64,000 nt of DNA from Nematocida ausubeli (lineage: Eukaryota). A program made the position numbers and the translations under genes. Within the stretch, counting starts at the first letter, position 1. The number at the start of each line of letters is the position of its first letter. Below, in pieces: positions 54,271 to 64,000 of the stretch. The DNA lies in NCBI RefSeq assembly GCF_000738915.1, contig NW_026515636.1, positions 149,175 through 213,174 of the forward strand. The letters are read 5' to 3'. The notes under the pieces were generated by a model. That model saw only the letters and a list, made by a program, of their open reading frames with translations. It did not search any database and was not told the DNA's origin.

Positions 54271-55194
54271 CTATCCCCTGGATAAGGCTATTATCTTTCC
54301 TGTCTGCTTTATATTTGCATATACCTTTTGTCCCTGCACAATCATCCCAGAACAATTTGCCATATTATTCTGTATGCTGTCCACCCACATTGTATAGAAG
54401 AAGGGTCTGTTTATCTTAAAGTCTTCACAGTTATTAAAGCTAATTGAATGCGACAGTGTCAGGATATTGTACTGAGTATTAACAATGCACATGCCCTTGC
54501 CTATTAGTGAACTCTCCAGGAGATACTCGTCTGATATAAATGAAAGGTATGTGTACACTCTGTTTAGTTCGTCCTTTTTTGGAAGACTCACTGCCTCTCC
54601 CTTTGGAAGGCGCAATTTGTACCCAACACACCTGGAAAATGGACATTTCTTGTTTCTTAGCATAAACACATCTGCACCTGAATATATTTTATGTGCTGTC
54701 TGCATGTATGCTTCAAAGTCATCCTTGCTCTTCAGGATGCTTTCCATATACTTTTCAACAGTCTGCATCTTTTTGATCTTCTGTGGGTCTGTTGTCCCTG
54801 GGGAAAAGTACTCTGAAAGTGGATTTATCTGGGTCTTTACAATTGTCTCAATGTATTTCTTCTTCTCCTGCATTATAACAGATTTATTCTTCTGCATGAG
54901 AACTGTGCCTACTGCGCGCACTGCTTCTACACCATCCTTTTCCTGCAAAACCTCAACTTTCACCATTTTAACGGTCTTTCCTAATGACTCGTCTGTGCTT
55001 CTGTATATAATTGGAAGGTCTGGATCTGTTTTGTCTTGGAAGATGCACTGTGCTGTGACAACATCGTATCCTTCTATCTCTTTAAGTGCGCACCCTATAA
55101 CATGCGAGAATATTTGTCCCCCAAAGACAGGCCGTCCTTCTATTCTAAATGGGTCATTGCACATGTACTGGCCATTTTGCACCTCTGTTTCCAT
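54271..55194 (-). CDS. Acyl-CoA thioesterase II (TesB/TES1 double hot-dog)
   Basis: VFGGQI, YLSFISD and TLSHSISF motifs, plus G......VYANIKQTG. Confidence 0.8.
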   Translation of the reverse strand: METEVQNGQYMCNDPFRIEGRPVFGGQIFSHVIGCALKEIEGYDVVTAQCIFQDKTDPDLPIIYRSTDESLGKTVKMVKVEVLQEKDGVEAVRAVGTVLMQKNKSVIMQEKKKYIETIVKTQINPLSEYFSPGTTDPQKIKKMQTVEKYMESILKSKDDFEAYMQTAHKIYSGADVFMLRNKKCPFSRCVGYKLRLPKGEAVSLPKKDELNRVYTYLSFISDEYLLESSLIGKGMCIVNTQYNILTLSHSISFNNCEDFKINRPFFYTMWVDSIQNNMANCSGMIVQGQKVYANIKQTGKIIALSRG

Positions 55195-56121
55195 TGAATA
55201 TTTTTCAATTTTCGTGCATGTTTTTATATTTATTGTTTTGGCAATGCAAAACACAAAAAACAAGGAGAGTTTCAGAGTCCTGAAAAGTATCCACGTACCA
55301 CGCATACTTTTTTATTTTGTCCATACTCTATTTATATTTTCTGTTTTTAAATTGGTTTATTGATTAATATAAATCTACTGAATCATACATAGCCTATCTA
55401 GATCTATTTTGCTGTTGTAGTTGTAATATTTGTTGAATTATCTTCTTTAGTCTTAAATATAAATTATTTATATATTTATAATCAGAGAGATCTATATTTG
55501 GAAGGAGGCTACTATTAGCAGCCAGGCATGTTCTAGATACAGCCTGAATAACTTTGTTCTTTAATTTTCTGGAGAGTCTAAATTAAATTTCTTGTGTGAA
55601 AAAGTCGCAAATAGTATGTATGGAATATTCATGCTGTAATATTCTTGTTGTCTCTATGTGAGCACTAAAAAGTACAATTATATGGCTATAATATAAATAT
55701 AAATAACCTAAACTATAGGGCCTTTTAATGCAAAGTGCTTGTATATATTTTAATTAGAAGCTGCATGCTATAATAATTGGGTCTTTGTCTTTATTAAGCC
55801 TTCTGGGCGGGTGATCTGGGCTAATCTATGCTCATTAATTAGCTTTATTTTAGATGCTTAAATTAAAAAAAAGACCAAAACACATGCCCAAACACACAAA
55901 GAATGCATCTGTAGTGCAAGTAGAATGGTTCTATTCTTCAAATACTTTGCATGCCAAAAGTACCGACTATTTTTTGGACATCTTTTATTTTTGCAAACCA
56001 AACGAATAACATTTTCCATCCCAGCCATGCAAAATATAACCAATATAGAGGCTAATCAACATGATTTTTAGTAAAGATACAAATAATTACACATATATAA
56101 CAAATAAATATTTTTATATCC

Positions 56122-58491
56122 ATGCAGTTAAGCTTTGAAGAACTTAGTAAAAAACAGTTATACCAGCAGCAAACTTTTAAGCTAGTGCAGGATTACTACA
56201 TACAGCTGTATGGTCAAGCTCCGATCAATGGGGTCATGTCTATGGAACTAAGAGCAATCTATGAAAATTCAACAAAAGTGAAGAGAGGTGTGAAGAACTT
56301 ATACAGATCAATACGAGAATATTTCATCACATACTATCCACTAATTATAAATGAAACTGTGGCATCCATTATAAAAGACACTAAAGACATAATGCCACAG
56401 AATGTAGTAATTGAGCCAATTATTTCATTCATCTATGAGAAAAAAGAAGGCGCAAATGCTATAGGGATTACAACAAAATCACTAGTTACCTTAGGAAGCT
56501 CAAAAGATAAGTCTGTAGAAGGAGATTTTATGCCAGGTGATATTGTAATGGTTATAAGGAAAGGACAGACCCATGATCTGTGCAAGAATTACATTGTCAG
56601 TGGAATTATTACGGGTAAGAAAAAGTTCAAGTACACACTCATTACTAGCAACAGTAGCTGCATGGCTCTCAGCAAAAAAAATGTAGAAGGGGAATATGTA
56701 CTTGTTTACGTATCAAACATAATAAGCAGCAAAAGAGAGTACATGGCACTTCTTAAGTTTAGTGACTCCCCATTGGCAAAGCAACTGATGAACCCAACCC
56801 CACCAGTAGAAACAGAAAAAAAGAAAGTACTCCAGGCAGTCAAAGAATTCCACATAGACGAGGGATACAAAAGGTTAAATGAAGCACAAAGAAATGCAGT
56901 TATTATGTCCCTGAATCAACCACTTACTTTAATACAGGGTCCACCAGGAACAGGAAAAACCCAGACAATTTCCTGCATGATTTCTCAATTTATTCAAAGA
57001 GGCATGCAGGTTCTTGTGTGTGCACCAAGTAATATGGCTGTATTTAAGCTTGTTGAAAACAGACATATGTGGGAGCACTTTTTCAAAAATAAAAAGAAAT
57101 GGGTGCACATTCATAGCAAGAAACCTGAAAAATCAGACGGTGAAGAAAGTGCTCGTAAAAGAAAAGATGAATCTAACAGAAAAATCAGACCAAAAAAAAG
57201 AATTATCACAGGAAATTTACTTGGAATACAAAAAGACTTGATAATTGATGAAACTGATTACACTAAATCAGCTGCACTCATTGATGATGCCATGGCAGGG
57301 GCTTCTCTTGTTTTCTGTACTCTTTCCATGGCAGCCTCTACGGCAGTTAGCAAAAAAGAATTTCATGTTGTAATTGTTGATGAAGTGTGCCAGTCTATAG
57401 AGCCATCAAGCATTATTCCGTTGCAAAACTCTGTACGCCGGCTGGTTTTGGTTGGAGACCCGAAACAACTGCCCCCAACTATTTTCTCCGAGTCAAATGA
57501 TCTTTCTGTTTCTCTCTTTGAAAGACTGGCAGAAAACATCACTCCACTGATTCTGGACACTCAGTACAGAATGCATAGTGACATATCTTGCTTCCCAAAT
57601 AAGACATTCTACGCAGGAAGACTAATAGATGGGGTCGTGCTTGAGTCAAATGTTCCCATGGCCCTAGTGGATACAGGCGGAGAACAGAAAAGAAACAGAA
57701 CAAGTTTGTATAACCCACGTGAAATAGATTTTATAGAAGACTTGCTTCCTTATATTATGGATAAGTACAAGTCAATTGCAATTATCACACCATATAAAGA
57801 ACAGTCCATTAGACTAAGCGAAAATAGGAGAATCATTAACAGACAGATCACAGTCTCAACAGTCGATGGATTTCAGGGCCAGGAGAAGGATTGCATTATT
57901 GTCTCAACTGTGCGTACTAATGGAATTGGGTTTTTAAATGATTATAGGAGAATGAATGTAGCACTTACTAGGGCAAAGTACACAGTTATAATACTTGGGT
58001 GTGTTCGTCTTCTGGAAAAAGACAAAATATGGAAGCAATTGGTTGCACACCTAAGGACAAACCTTCAGATATGCACTCGTCTAGAACTTTTCAGAAGACT
58101 CACAAATAACTCAAAGATGCAGGGTGAAGGGCAAAAGGCAGAATTAAACGAACTTTTCAGAAGGAAGGCAAGTTCCCCAAAGATACTGTCAAAAGAGCCA
58201 GAAGAAGAATTAGAGAGTCCAAAGTCAGAAAGCGCAAAAACCAATGGAATTGATACTGACAATCTAGAAACTGACGATGCTTTAGCTATTAGCATTGTTG
58301 GAACAGAGACTGTGTCTGATGAAATAATTCTAGAGAAAAAAGAGCCCATAAATTCAAATATTTCAGAAGTAATTTTTAGCACCGAAGGAACAACCTCTAG
58401 TACTGATGCTAATAAGGCTACTGACCCTAATGCTGGGATTTTAGATGATAATTTGCGTAAAATAATAGAAATGCACCTTTTCAAAAGATAA
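56122..58491 (+). CDS. Sen1/Upf1-family SF1B helicase (Sen1-like)
   Basis: LIQGPPGTGKT, LVCAPSN, VDE, LVGDPKQLPPT, SLFERL, QYRMH, TVDGFQGQEKD and RRMNVALTRAK. No Upf1 CH domain. Confidence 0.92.
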   Translation: MQLSFEELSKKQLYQQQTFKLVQDYYIQLYGQAPINGVMSMELRAIYENSTKVKRGVKNLYRSIREYFITYYPLIINETVASIIKDTKDIMPQNVVIEPIISFIYEKKEGANAIGITTKSLVTLGSSKDKSVEGDFMPGDIVMVIRKGQTHDLCKNYIVSGIITGKKKFKYTLITSNSSCMALSKKNVEGEYVLVYVSNIISSKREYMALLKFSDSPLAKQLMNPTPPVETEKKKVLQAVKEFHIDEGYKRLNEAQRNAVIMSLNQPLTLIQGPPGTGKTQTISCMISQFIQRGMQVLVCAPSNMAVFKLVENRHMWEHFFKNKKKWVHIHSKKPEKSDGEESARKRKDESNRKIRPKKRIITGNLLGIQKDLIIDETDYTKSAALIDDAMAGASLVFCTLSMAASTAVSKKEFHVVIVDEVCQSIEPSSIIPLQNSVRRLVLVGDPKQLPPTIFSESNDLSVSLFERLAENITPLILDTQYRMHSDISCFPNKTFYAGRLIDGVVLESNVPMALVDTGGEQKRNRTSLYNPREIDFIEDLLPYIMDKYKSIAIITPYKEQSIRLSENRRIINRQITVSTVDGFQGQEKDCIIVSTVRTNGIGFLNDYRRMNVALTRAKYTVIILGCVRLLEKDKIWKQLVAHLRTNLQICTRLELFRRLTNNSKMQGEGQKAELNELFRRKASSPKILSKEPEEELESPKSESAKTNGIDTDNLETDDALAISIVGTETVSDEIILEKKEPINSNISEVIFSTEGTTSSTDANKATDPNAGILDDNLRKIIEMHLFKR

Positions 58492-59231
58492 TTACAAAGA
58501 AGTAAAACAATAGACTTTTCATTACTCTATGTGTCTGAGACTAAATGTATCCTGCTACTCTCTATTGCCATTGATAATGATTTTTGTACTACGCAGACAG
58601 TAGCTGCTTCATGAGAAAATATAAAGAAATGTATTCAGTAAATAACCTTTAAAAGAAATTATTATTTTAGGCTTGTATAAATGAATTTGTGAAGAAATAT
58701 AATAGGAATGGTTAAATTAAGCAGGGCACTTAAAATTTAACTGCATTATATTTAGAGCATTCTATTAGTAAGACTGCTCGGCATAAATTGAAGTATAAAA
58801 TCTTTCCTACAGAAATATATTTAATTCTGTAGCTTACTTAACAGTCTTGGAAAGTACTACTTTGCAGGATCAAAGATAAATTCGGTGTATATATGCGTGT
58901 TTCACATGTATATGCATTTATTTCACATATTCTATTTGTATATTGAAAGAGTCTTTATTTCTGTATTTTCTGGCTGATTAAAGTGCTTTAATTTTCTAAA
59001 AGTAAAGTGTATTCTTTTAGTAGTTTATGAACTGGTTTAAATTATTTCAAAATTCACAAAAGAATATTTAAATAGAATCTTACACCAGAGTAAACAAAGA
59101 AGCTTAAAGAAATAGCATACACAATAAATGCAGACTAACAAGTATGCATGAATATTTTGATTTAAAGTCCATTGGTAATAGTTAATTTATAGTGCGAAAT
59201 AGAGGCATACGCACTAAAATGGCTTGGGAGT

Positions 59232-59322
59232 AGTAGTGGGTAGTAGAGAATCTTTATTATCTTCATTAAAATATTCTTATCTGTGATTCTTACTGTAAAT
59301 TCGTCTCTATGGTTCTAATATT
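59232..59322. repeat. Dispersed ~85-bp non-coding repeat, copy B
   Basis: Direct-orientation similarity to 10520-10600. Confidence 0.7.
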
Positions 59323-59980
59323 TTATATTCGGGTTATATATGGAGTGTATTTTAAGCTGTAGTGAATGGTTTAGACAATTCACTAGAGGCATTCTATTCT
59401 GTATATTTCTGTTGCTCTAAGGAAAATTAAGAAAAGAGGAAATTTTACCATAATTTAATTCTAACCCGAATATCATTGAATAATCATGCTAGTTTAGTAG
59501 TACGCTGAGTGCATGGCTGTGAGAAACAAATATGCAAAGCAGATTCAGAAATAGTCTACAACCATGCAAGAATTCTTAAATATATAAAAATATCTAATTA
59601 TTCCAGCAATATATACATATAAGGAATGCTTTTGCAGATACATCTACATGAAATGCACTTTATATTTACGTTTTACATAAGATTCTTGCTCTAAAATTAT
59701 CACTTCTTTGAAGCACTCTTGCTACTGCAGGATAATTCAAAATAAAACAAGCTTAATAGGGATTGCACCAGGCATGCACCCAGAAAGAGTATGGCCAGAA
59801 TATAAAACCACATGAAAATCTGCAAGAATACGAAATACCAAGAAATTGAAGACAATCTCACAGAAGAAATAATACCCAAAGATATTTCAATTGAAATGCT
59901 AAAACCCATTCACATAACAAGGCACATCTATATTGAATAAGACTTGCAAGCCAAGGCACTTCCGCCTAATATGGCCCTAA

Positions 59981-60181
59981 TCAATTCTGAACATTTAATT
60001 TCGGGAGCACCAAATATATAAATATGAAAATGGCAATTAAGCACAGCAGAATGGCAGTTAGTACAATACTCCCATATATTGTGTTTCTTCTTTCTGGTGG
60101 ATTTCCTGCAGGAAATAGAGGGTCTTCATTTGGAATCGATGAATTTTCTGGGACCTCATACGGGTGATCATCGCTTGTCAT
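59981..60181 (-). CDS. Small single-pass membrane protein, 66 aa
   Basis: GGGG motif before the ATG, a polar N-terminus and one strong TM helix. Confidence 0.7.
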   Translation of the reverse strand: MTSDDHPYEVPENSSIPNEDPLFPAGNPPERRNTIYGSIVLTAILLCLIAIFIFIYLVLPKLNVQN

Positions 60182-60271
60182 AGCCCCGTGAAATAGTCCA
60201 AATATATTCTAGCATCTGCCAATCAAATTTCCATTAAGGAGAAGAAAGAGAAAATATCACATGGTATTTAC

Positions 60272-60697
60272 TTAAATATGAAAGATTTCTTCAATATTTT
60301 TCAGCTCTTTCATTAGTTCTCCTATGTTCTTTACTACAATTGGCTTATTTTCGTGGCACTCCTTTATGTTCAGTTTCTCCAAATCGTAGTTGAGCTTTTG
60401 AATATCTAACAGGCAAGGAGGCTTATTCGTCATGGGTACTTTCTGTTTCTGCTTATGAACATACGGGCAGTCTGCCTTTCTGCATCCACCGTGCGTCTCC
60501 CAGTAGCACTCCACAGCGGGCTTTTCTTTTACTTGATAGTCCGAGTGTTTGTTTGGGCAGGACTCATCGCAGTCAAGCCCGTTTTTCCAATTATTGCACA
60601 CTGCTTGGCTGTGCTTTGCCTCCTGGCTGTGCCTGTACGCGCAATTCATGCCACGGGCGCAGTTAGAAGTCATGAAGTAGAAGCAGTCCTCTCTCAT
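60272..60697 (-). CDS. Triple CCCH zinc-finger protein (ZC3H11-like)
   Basis: CYFY...C..G.NC.YRH, C..W....C...CP..H and CYWE...GC.K.DCPY.H. Confidence 0.85.
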   Translation of the reverse strand: MREDCFYFMTSNCARGMNCAYRHSQEAKHSQAVCNNWKNGLDCDESCPNKHSDYQVKEKPAVECYWETHGGCRKADCPYVHKQKQKVPMTNKPPCLLDIQKLNYDLEKLNIKECHENKPIVVKNIGELMKELKNIEEIFHI

Positions 60698-60730
60698 TAC
60701 TTTCGCTATGGTGGCAACAAATTTTTATAA

Positions 60731-61966
60731 TTATATAAACATAAGGCCATACAGCAACTCCAAGTCCTGCTGATCTGATTCCTTCAGAAAGGACCCGTCT
60801 ATCAGGCTTTTCATGAAGAATGTTCTAAAAGTCTCTGTCTCTTTCAATCTTCTTGCCTTTTTGATCTTTTTCTGCCTGTACAGTCCCAAAATATTTTTCA
60901 TAGTGACCTTAATTAAGACACTCTCTTTCTTCCCTATAACAGTAAGGATAACCAATGGTTTTACCACATTCATTTCATGCCCATAGAAGTATCCTATTGC
61001 CATGCCCAGATTGTATATTTCTTTGATGGTTTTTTTGGAAAGTGTGTTCACGTGTTCTTCAATTGCGTGGTATAAATAGTCCATTGCAGCTCCTTTGTGG
61101 CTTCCTGTGCAGCTGTTATAGATAGACTGTACTAATGTAGGGTAGTAGACATTAAATGTGTTCTCTGCAATGCACAGGCGAATTGCCACTTTGAAGATTT
61201 CTTCAATGTGCCATACTTTTCTTATTATTTGCTTGTAGAGTGCTCTTTGTGCCTCGTAGTAGTCTGTGCTTGTGGTGATTATGCTAAATATCTTTTTCTT
61301 TAGTGATGTATTCATGCCGTACTTTACAGCAACCACTTCATCTGCGTCTGTGGCTGTGCTAATGACATCTGTGTTTGTGTGCGTGTACCTAGAGAGAATC
61401 CCTGCTATGGTCGATTTTACACTGTTCATTTCTTCCTGGAGATAGTTTCTATATGGGTTACGACCATTTTTAATCATCTTAACAGACTCTTTAATAAATC
61501 TCAAAAGAACACTAGGCTCAGATTCTTCTTCCTTCTCTAGCTTAGATATCACAGAGGCAGTGCCAGCATCAATCAAAGAGAGAGTGGATGCATCCAACCC
61601 ACTACTACACATCTGCAATATTCGCAGAACAGAGAGCATGTCGTTGCGCTTTAAAAGGCCCTGCACTTTCGTGTTTATGAATGCATCATCCACCATGCCG
61701 TAGTTGAATATGTAGCAGTATAAGCTTAGGTCATCTACCTTTGCTATTATTTCTTCAACAATTGACTTGTCCAAGGCAGAGTATATTAGCTTCAGAAGTG
61801 ATGAAATTGCAAGTAAATTACTTTCTATTTCTGTCTGCGACAAGATTCTAATTATTGCAGATGCTGTTGTCTTGCTGTTTTTCTCGTATAATTTCTCTAT
61901 TTCCTTGAAGACACTTGGCAGTGTGCTGACTGACAGCTTGTTGCACGCTAAAACTACGTTGTCCAT
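60731..61966 (-). CDS. SGD1: Sgd1/NOM1-like MIF4G-MA3 nucleolar protein
   Basis: MNTSLKKKIFSIITTSTDY.EA and E.TFN.YY match the Sgd1/NOM1 MA3 domain. Confidence 0.75.
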   Translation of the reverse strand: MDNVVLACNKLSVSTLPSVFKEIEKLYEKNSKTTASAIIRILSQTEIESNLLAISSLLKLIYSALDKSIVEEIIAKVDDLSLYCYIFNYGMVDDAFINTKVQGLLKRNDMLSVLRILQMCSSGLDASTLSLIDAGTASVISKLEKEEESEPSVLLRFIKESVKMIKNGRNPYRNYLQEEMNSVKSTIAGILSRYTHTNTDVISTATDADEVVAVKYGMNTSLKKKIFSIITTSTDYYEAQRALYKQIIRKVWHIEEIFKVAIRLCIAENTFNVYYPTLVQSIYNSCTGSHKGAAMDYLYHAIEEHVNTLSKKTIKEIYNLGMAIGYFYGHEMNVVKPLVILTVIGKKESVLIKVTMKNILGLYRQKKIKKARRLKETETFRTFFMKSLIDGSFLKESDQQDLELLYGLMFI

Positions 61967-62181
61967 TAATGAATTTTCTTCTTGGATTTTTTTTTAATTA
62001 ATAGATCCTCGTCTTCTTCGTTTTGTAGTCGCCTGGATTTTCTTATGGCTATGACAGGCTCAGTCTTATATTCAACTTCATCAATTGTTGCACGGCGTGT
62101 CAGGAAGTGCACAAGTGGTGCAGTTGTGTGCGTAAATGGAAAGAGTTCTTTTGCTCTTTTGTATAGCTGAACTAGACTCAT
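61966..62181 (-). CDS. Small basic protein, 71 aa
   Basis: AAATTT immediately before the ATG at 62181, an NLS-like KKKSKKK, and a stop that overlaps the SGD1 start. Confidence 0.6.
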   Translation of the reverse strand: MSLVQLYKRAKELFPFTHTTAPLVHFLTRRATIDEVEYKTEPVIAIRKSRRLQNEEDEDLLIKKKSKKKIH

Positions 62182-62324
62182 AAATTTGCTAAAAATAATA
62201 CAGTTAAATAAGTGCAACGGAATGTGACTGCACAAAATATCCAAGAATATTGAAAAATAACCGTCTCTAAATGCTCTTTATTTTGTATTCTGGTGATCAT
62301 GGGTGTTTACACTGTGGATTTAAA

Positions 62325-64000
62325 CTATGCCAATGACTCAAATAATAGGATTAGTAGTGGAGACTTTACATAGGGAATTGCAGCCTTAAAGCACGCCTTC
62401 AGTGAGACAAGTATTTCATTCTCTTCCTCCGTGGTAAGTTGCTCTCTATGCGGGAGTTCAATGTACATAAAGGCAATGGAGAATACTTTGCTGTAGAACT
62501 GTATAAGAAATGGGCTGGTCAGAAGGGATGCCTTCATTATATTGGACATGGCACTTTCCAAGGACTCTGTATACTGCGAGACATTCTCTTCATTAATTAC
62601 ACTTTGAAATTCGCTGTCTATCTTTTCAGTGATAAACATACGTACGCCTGTGACAAAGCTAAGTAGAATCTGCTTAATGCGCCATTCACTGTACTGCGAG
62701 CACAAGAAGTACTCCACTGCATACAAAGAGTACACAAGCCTAAAGACAATTCGAATCTCAGAGATGGTCTTTGCTGAGAAGAACATTGAAAGAGGCTCTT
62801 TCAAGGAAAGCGTAATATCAAGGCCCTGCAGCAGTGACAGATCTTCAATATTTCGCATACGCCGGGCATCATTTATCTCCAAAAGGGTTTTTGCCAAAGA
62901 GACTTCATTATGCACAAAAGTAACAGGAGAGGCCCTTACGCCTTCAATGTTTTCCAGAAGGAATGTGCAGTCTCCTAAAAAGGACATAGACGGAGAGTCT
63001 ACATGCTCCTCATATGCAGAGTACCCAGCACTTCCCTTTCTCATTAGGTAGTTCACAAGGGAAATATCCTTCTTCCCTGGAGTGCAAATCATGCGAGAAC
63101 CCATTTCCTGGAAGAGTTCTGCGTACCGGCTGACATCCAAGCCAATTCTGCTGAATAATTCAGAGACACCCTCCTTCCAGCACCTTTTCACAGAAGGACA
63201 CTCACTGATCTGTGCGTAGTACGCATGAAGCTCTGCTTCGTTTATTATGGTGGATCTTCTGTCTAAGCACACGGAAAGAATATTCTTTGTGTAATGTATT
63301 TCTGTCTCTCCTGCAGATCTTCTTATCTTTGAGATCTTCCCTAGCTCAACTAGCTTAAGTATGTACCCAGCCAGGTACTGCGGAATATCTTCTCTTATCC
63401 TGTAGTGACTGCTCCAAAAGCACTCTGCATAATCGTATGTATGCCTTTCCTCAAAGTACCCAGAAGTGTCAAGACCCTCAACCAAACGGACAAGTATTCT
63501 GTTCATTGGGGCACTCAGGGAGCATATTATCCTTGGGGACTGCAGTCTGCTCCTAAGCACGGCATCCAGCAGAAATAAATCACCGACTTTTCTGGACTCT
63601 TCAAGTACCTCAGTCAGCGCAGAGAACAGCTCAATCTCCTTCTGGAAAATAAAAGGAAGGGCTTCAATCTGGACAGGTGCTTGGTCTGCCTCTCTTTTTA
63701 TCTGGTCAACCTTGCACAGATACACTTGAATTTCCTCTTCTACTGCCTGAAACAAGTGCTTTCTTATGAAACCGCTTGAGAAATATGCAGTTTCAACGTA
63801 ATATCGGCACTTCTTTATGCCTGCAATAATTACAAGCAGTTCACGCACTATTTGCAGACTGTTCTTGGATACGGACGAATTCACAAAAGTATCCACTTCA
63901 CACTCATTTGACTGCCTGATTTTAATCGCCTTGCAGTCAATTCCTGCCAAAGCAAATAATAAATCAGAGAGCAAAGGGCTACTCCGGGTCTTCACAGATT
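62325..64000 (-). CDS. Gamma-tubulin complex component (Spc97/GCP2-like), 5' end probably outside the window
   Basis: LLSDLLFALAGID, FWSSHY.I...IPQYL...K..ELGK and PLSMFFS.KTI are GRIP-domain motifs. The track start is GTG at the window edge. Confidence 0.8.
   Translation of the reverse strand, partial: SVKTRSSPLLSDLLFALAGIDCKAIKIRQSNECEVDTFVNSSVSKNSLQIVRELLVIIAGIKKCRYYVETAYFSSGFIRKHLFQAVEEEIQVYLCKVDQIKREADQAPVQIEALPFIFQKEIELFSALTEVLEESRKVGDLFLLDAVLRSRLQSPRIICSLSAPMNRILVRLVEGLDTSGYFEERHTYDYAECFWSSHYRIREDIPQYLAGYILKLVELGKISKIRRSAGETEIHYTKNILSVCLDRRSTIINEAELHAYYAQISECPSVKRCWKEGVSELFSRIGLDVSRYAELFQEMGSRMICTPGKKDISLVNYLMRKGSAGYSAYEEHVDSPSMSFLGDCTFLLENIEGVRASPVTFVHNEVSLAKTLLEINDARRMRNIEDLSLLQGLDITLSLKEPLSMFFSAKTISEIRIVFRLVYSLYAVEYFLCSQYSEWRIKQILLSFVTGVRMFITEKIDSEFQSVINEENVSQYTESLESAMSNIMKASLLTSPFLIQFYSKVFSIAFMYIELPHREQLTTEEENEILVSLKACFKAAIPYVKSPLLILLFESLA

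Noticed and set aside
54485..55363. 292-aa antisense ORF, and similar shadows such as 15767..16408 and 24899..25459
   Set aside because: They mirror recognised genes on the other strand and have no motifs of their own.
59812..59940. 42-codon ORF MKICKNTKYQEIEDNLTEE... on the + strand
   Set aside because: Too short and without a recognisable motif, so it cannot be supported without conservation data.

Overview
Eukaryotic, very gene-dense, AT-rich genomic DNA. It has the hallmarks of a microsporidian: shortened housekeeping proteins, tiny intergenic spacers, and CCC/GGG or AAATTT motifs just before start codons. The lineage looks Nematocida-like, which is my inference and not a database result. 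About 43 protein genes and 2 tRNAs (Asn-GTT, Leu-CAA) are supportable. Recognisable genes include HIR1, RRP5, RPB3, adenylate kinase, TFIIA, GPI12, delta-COP, RPS15, RPL26, RNA15, H2B, LSG1, cyclin B, VMA13, POP5, a TesB thioesterase, a SEN1-like helicase, SGD1 and a gamma-tubulin complex protein, mixed with lineage-specific secreted or membrane proteins. The strongest finding is a 24-nt spliceosomal intron (40395-40418, GTAAGT...CTAAC...AAG, with an in-frame stop). It splits the glycine-rich loop of a PHO85-like CDK that the ORF track truncates, and it sits next to an Sm-fold gene. Other notable items are a stand-alone Yvh1 zinc domain, tiny Spo12 and Csm1 homologues, a secreted Cys-every-6 (CxQxxx) repeat protein, divergent genes only 12-25 bp apart, a TAATG stop-start overlap, a recurrent intergenic TAACCCGAA motif, and partly inverted dispersed repeats. 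Many ORF-track starts are GTG/TTG or over-extended, so I re-set them to the likely ATG. All family calls come from recognising motifs by eye; no searches were run.
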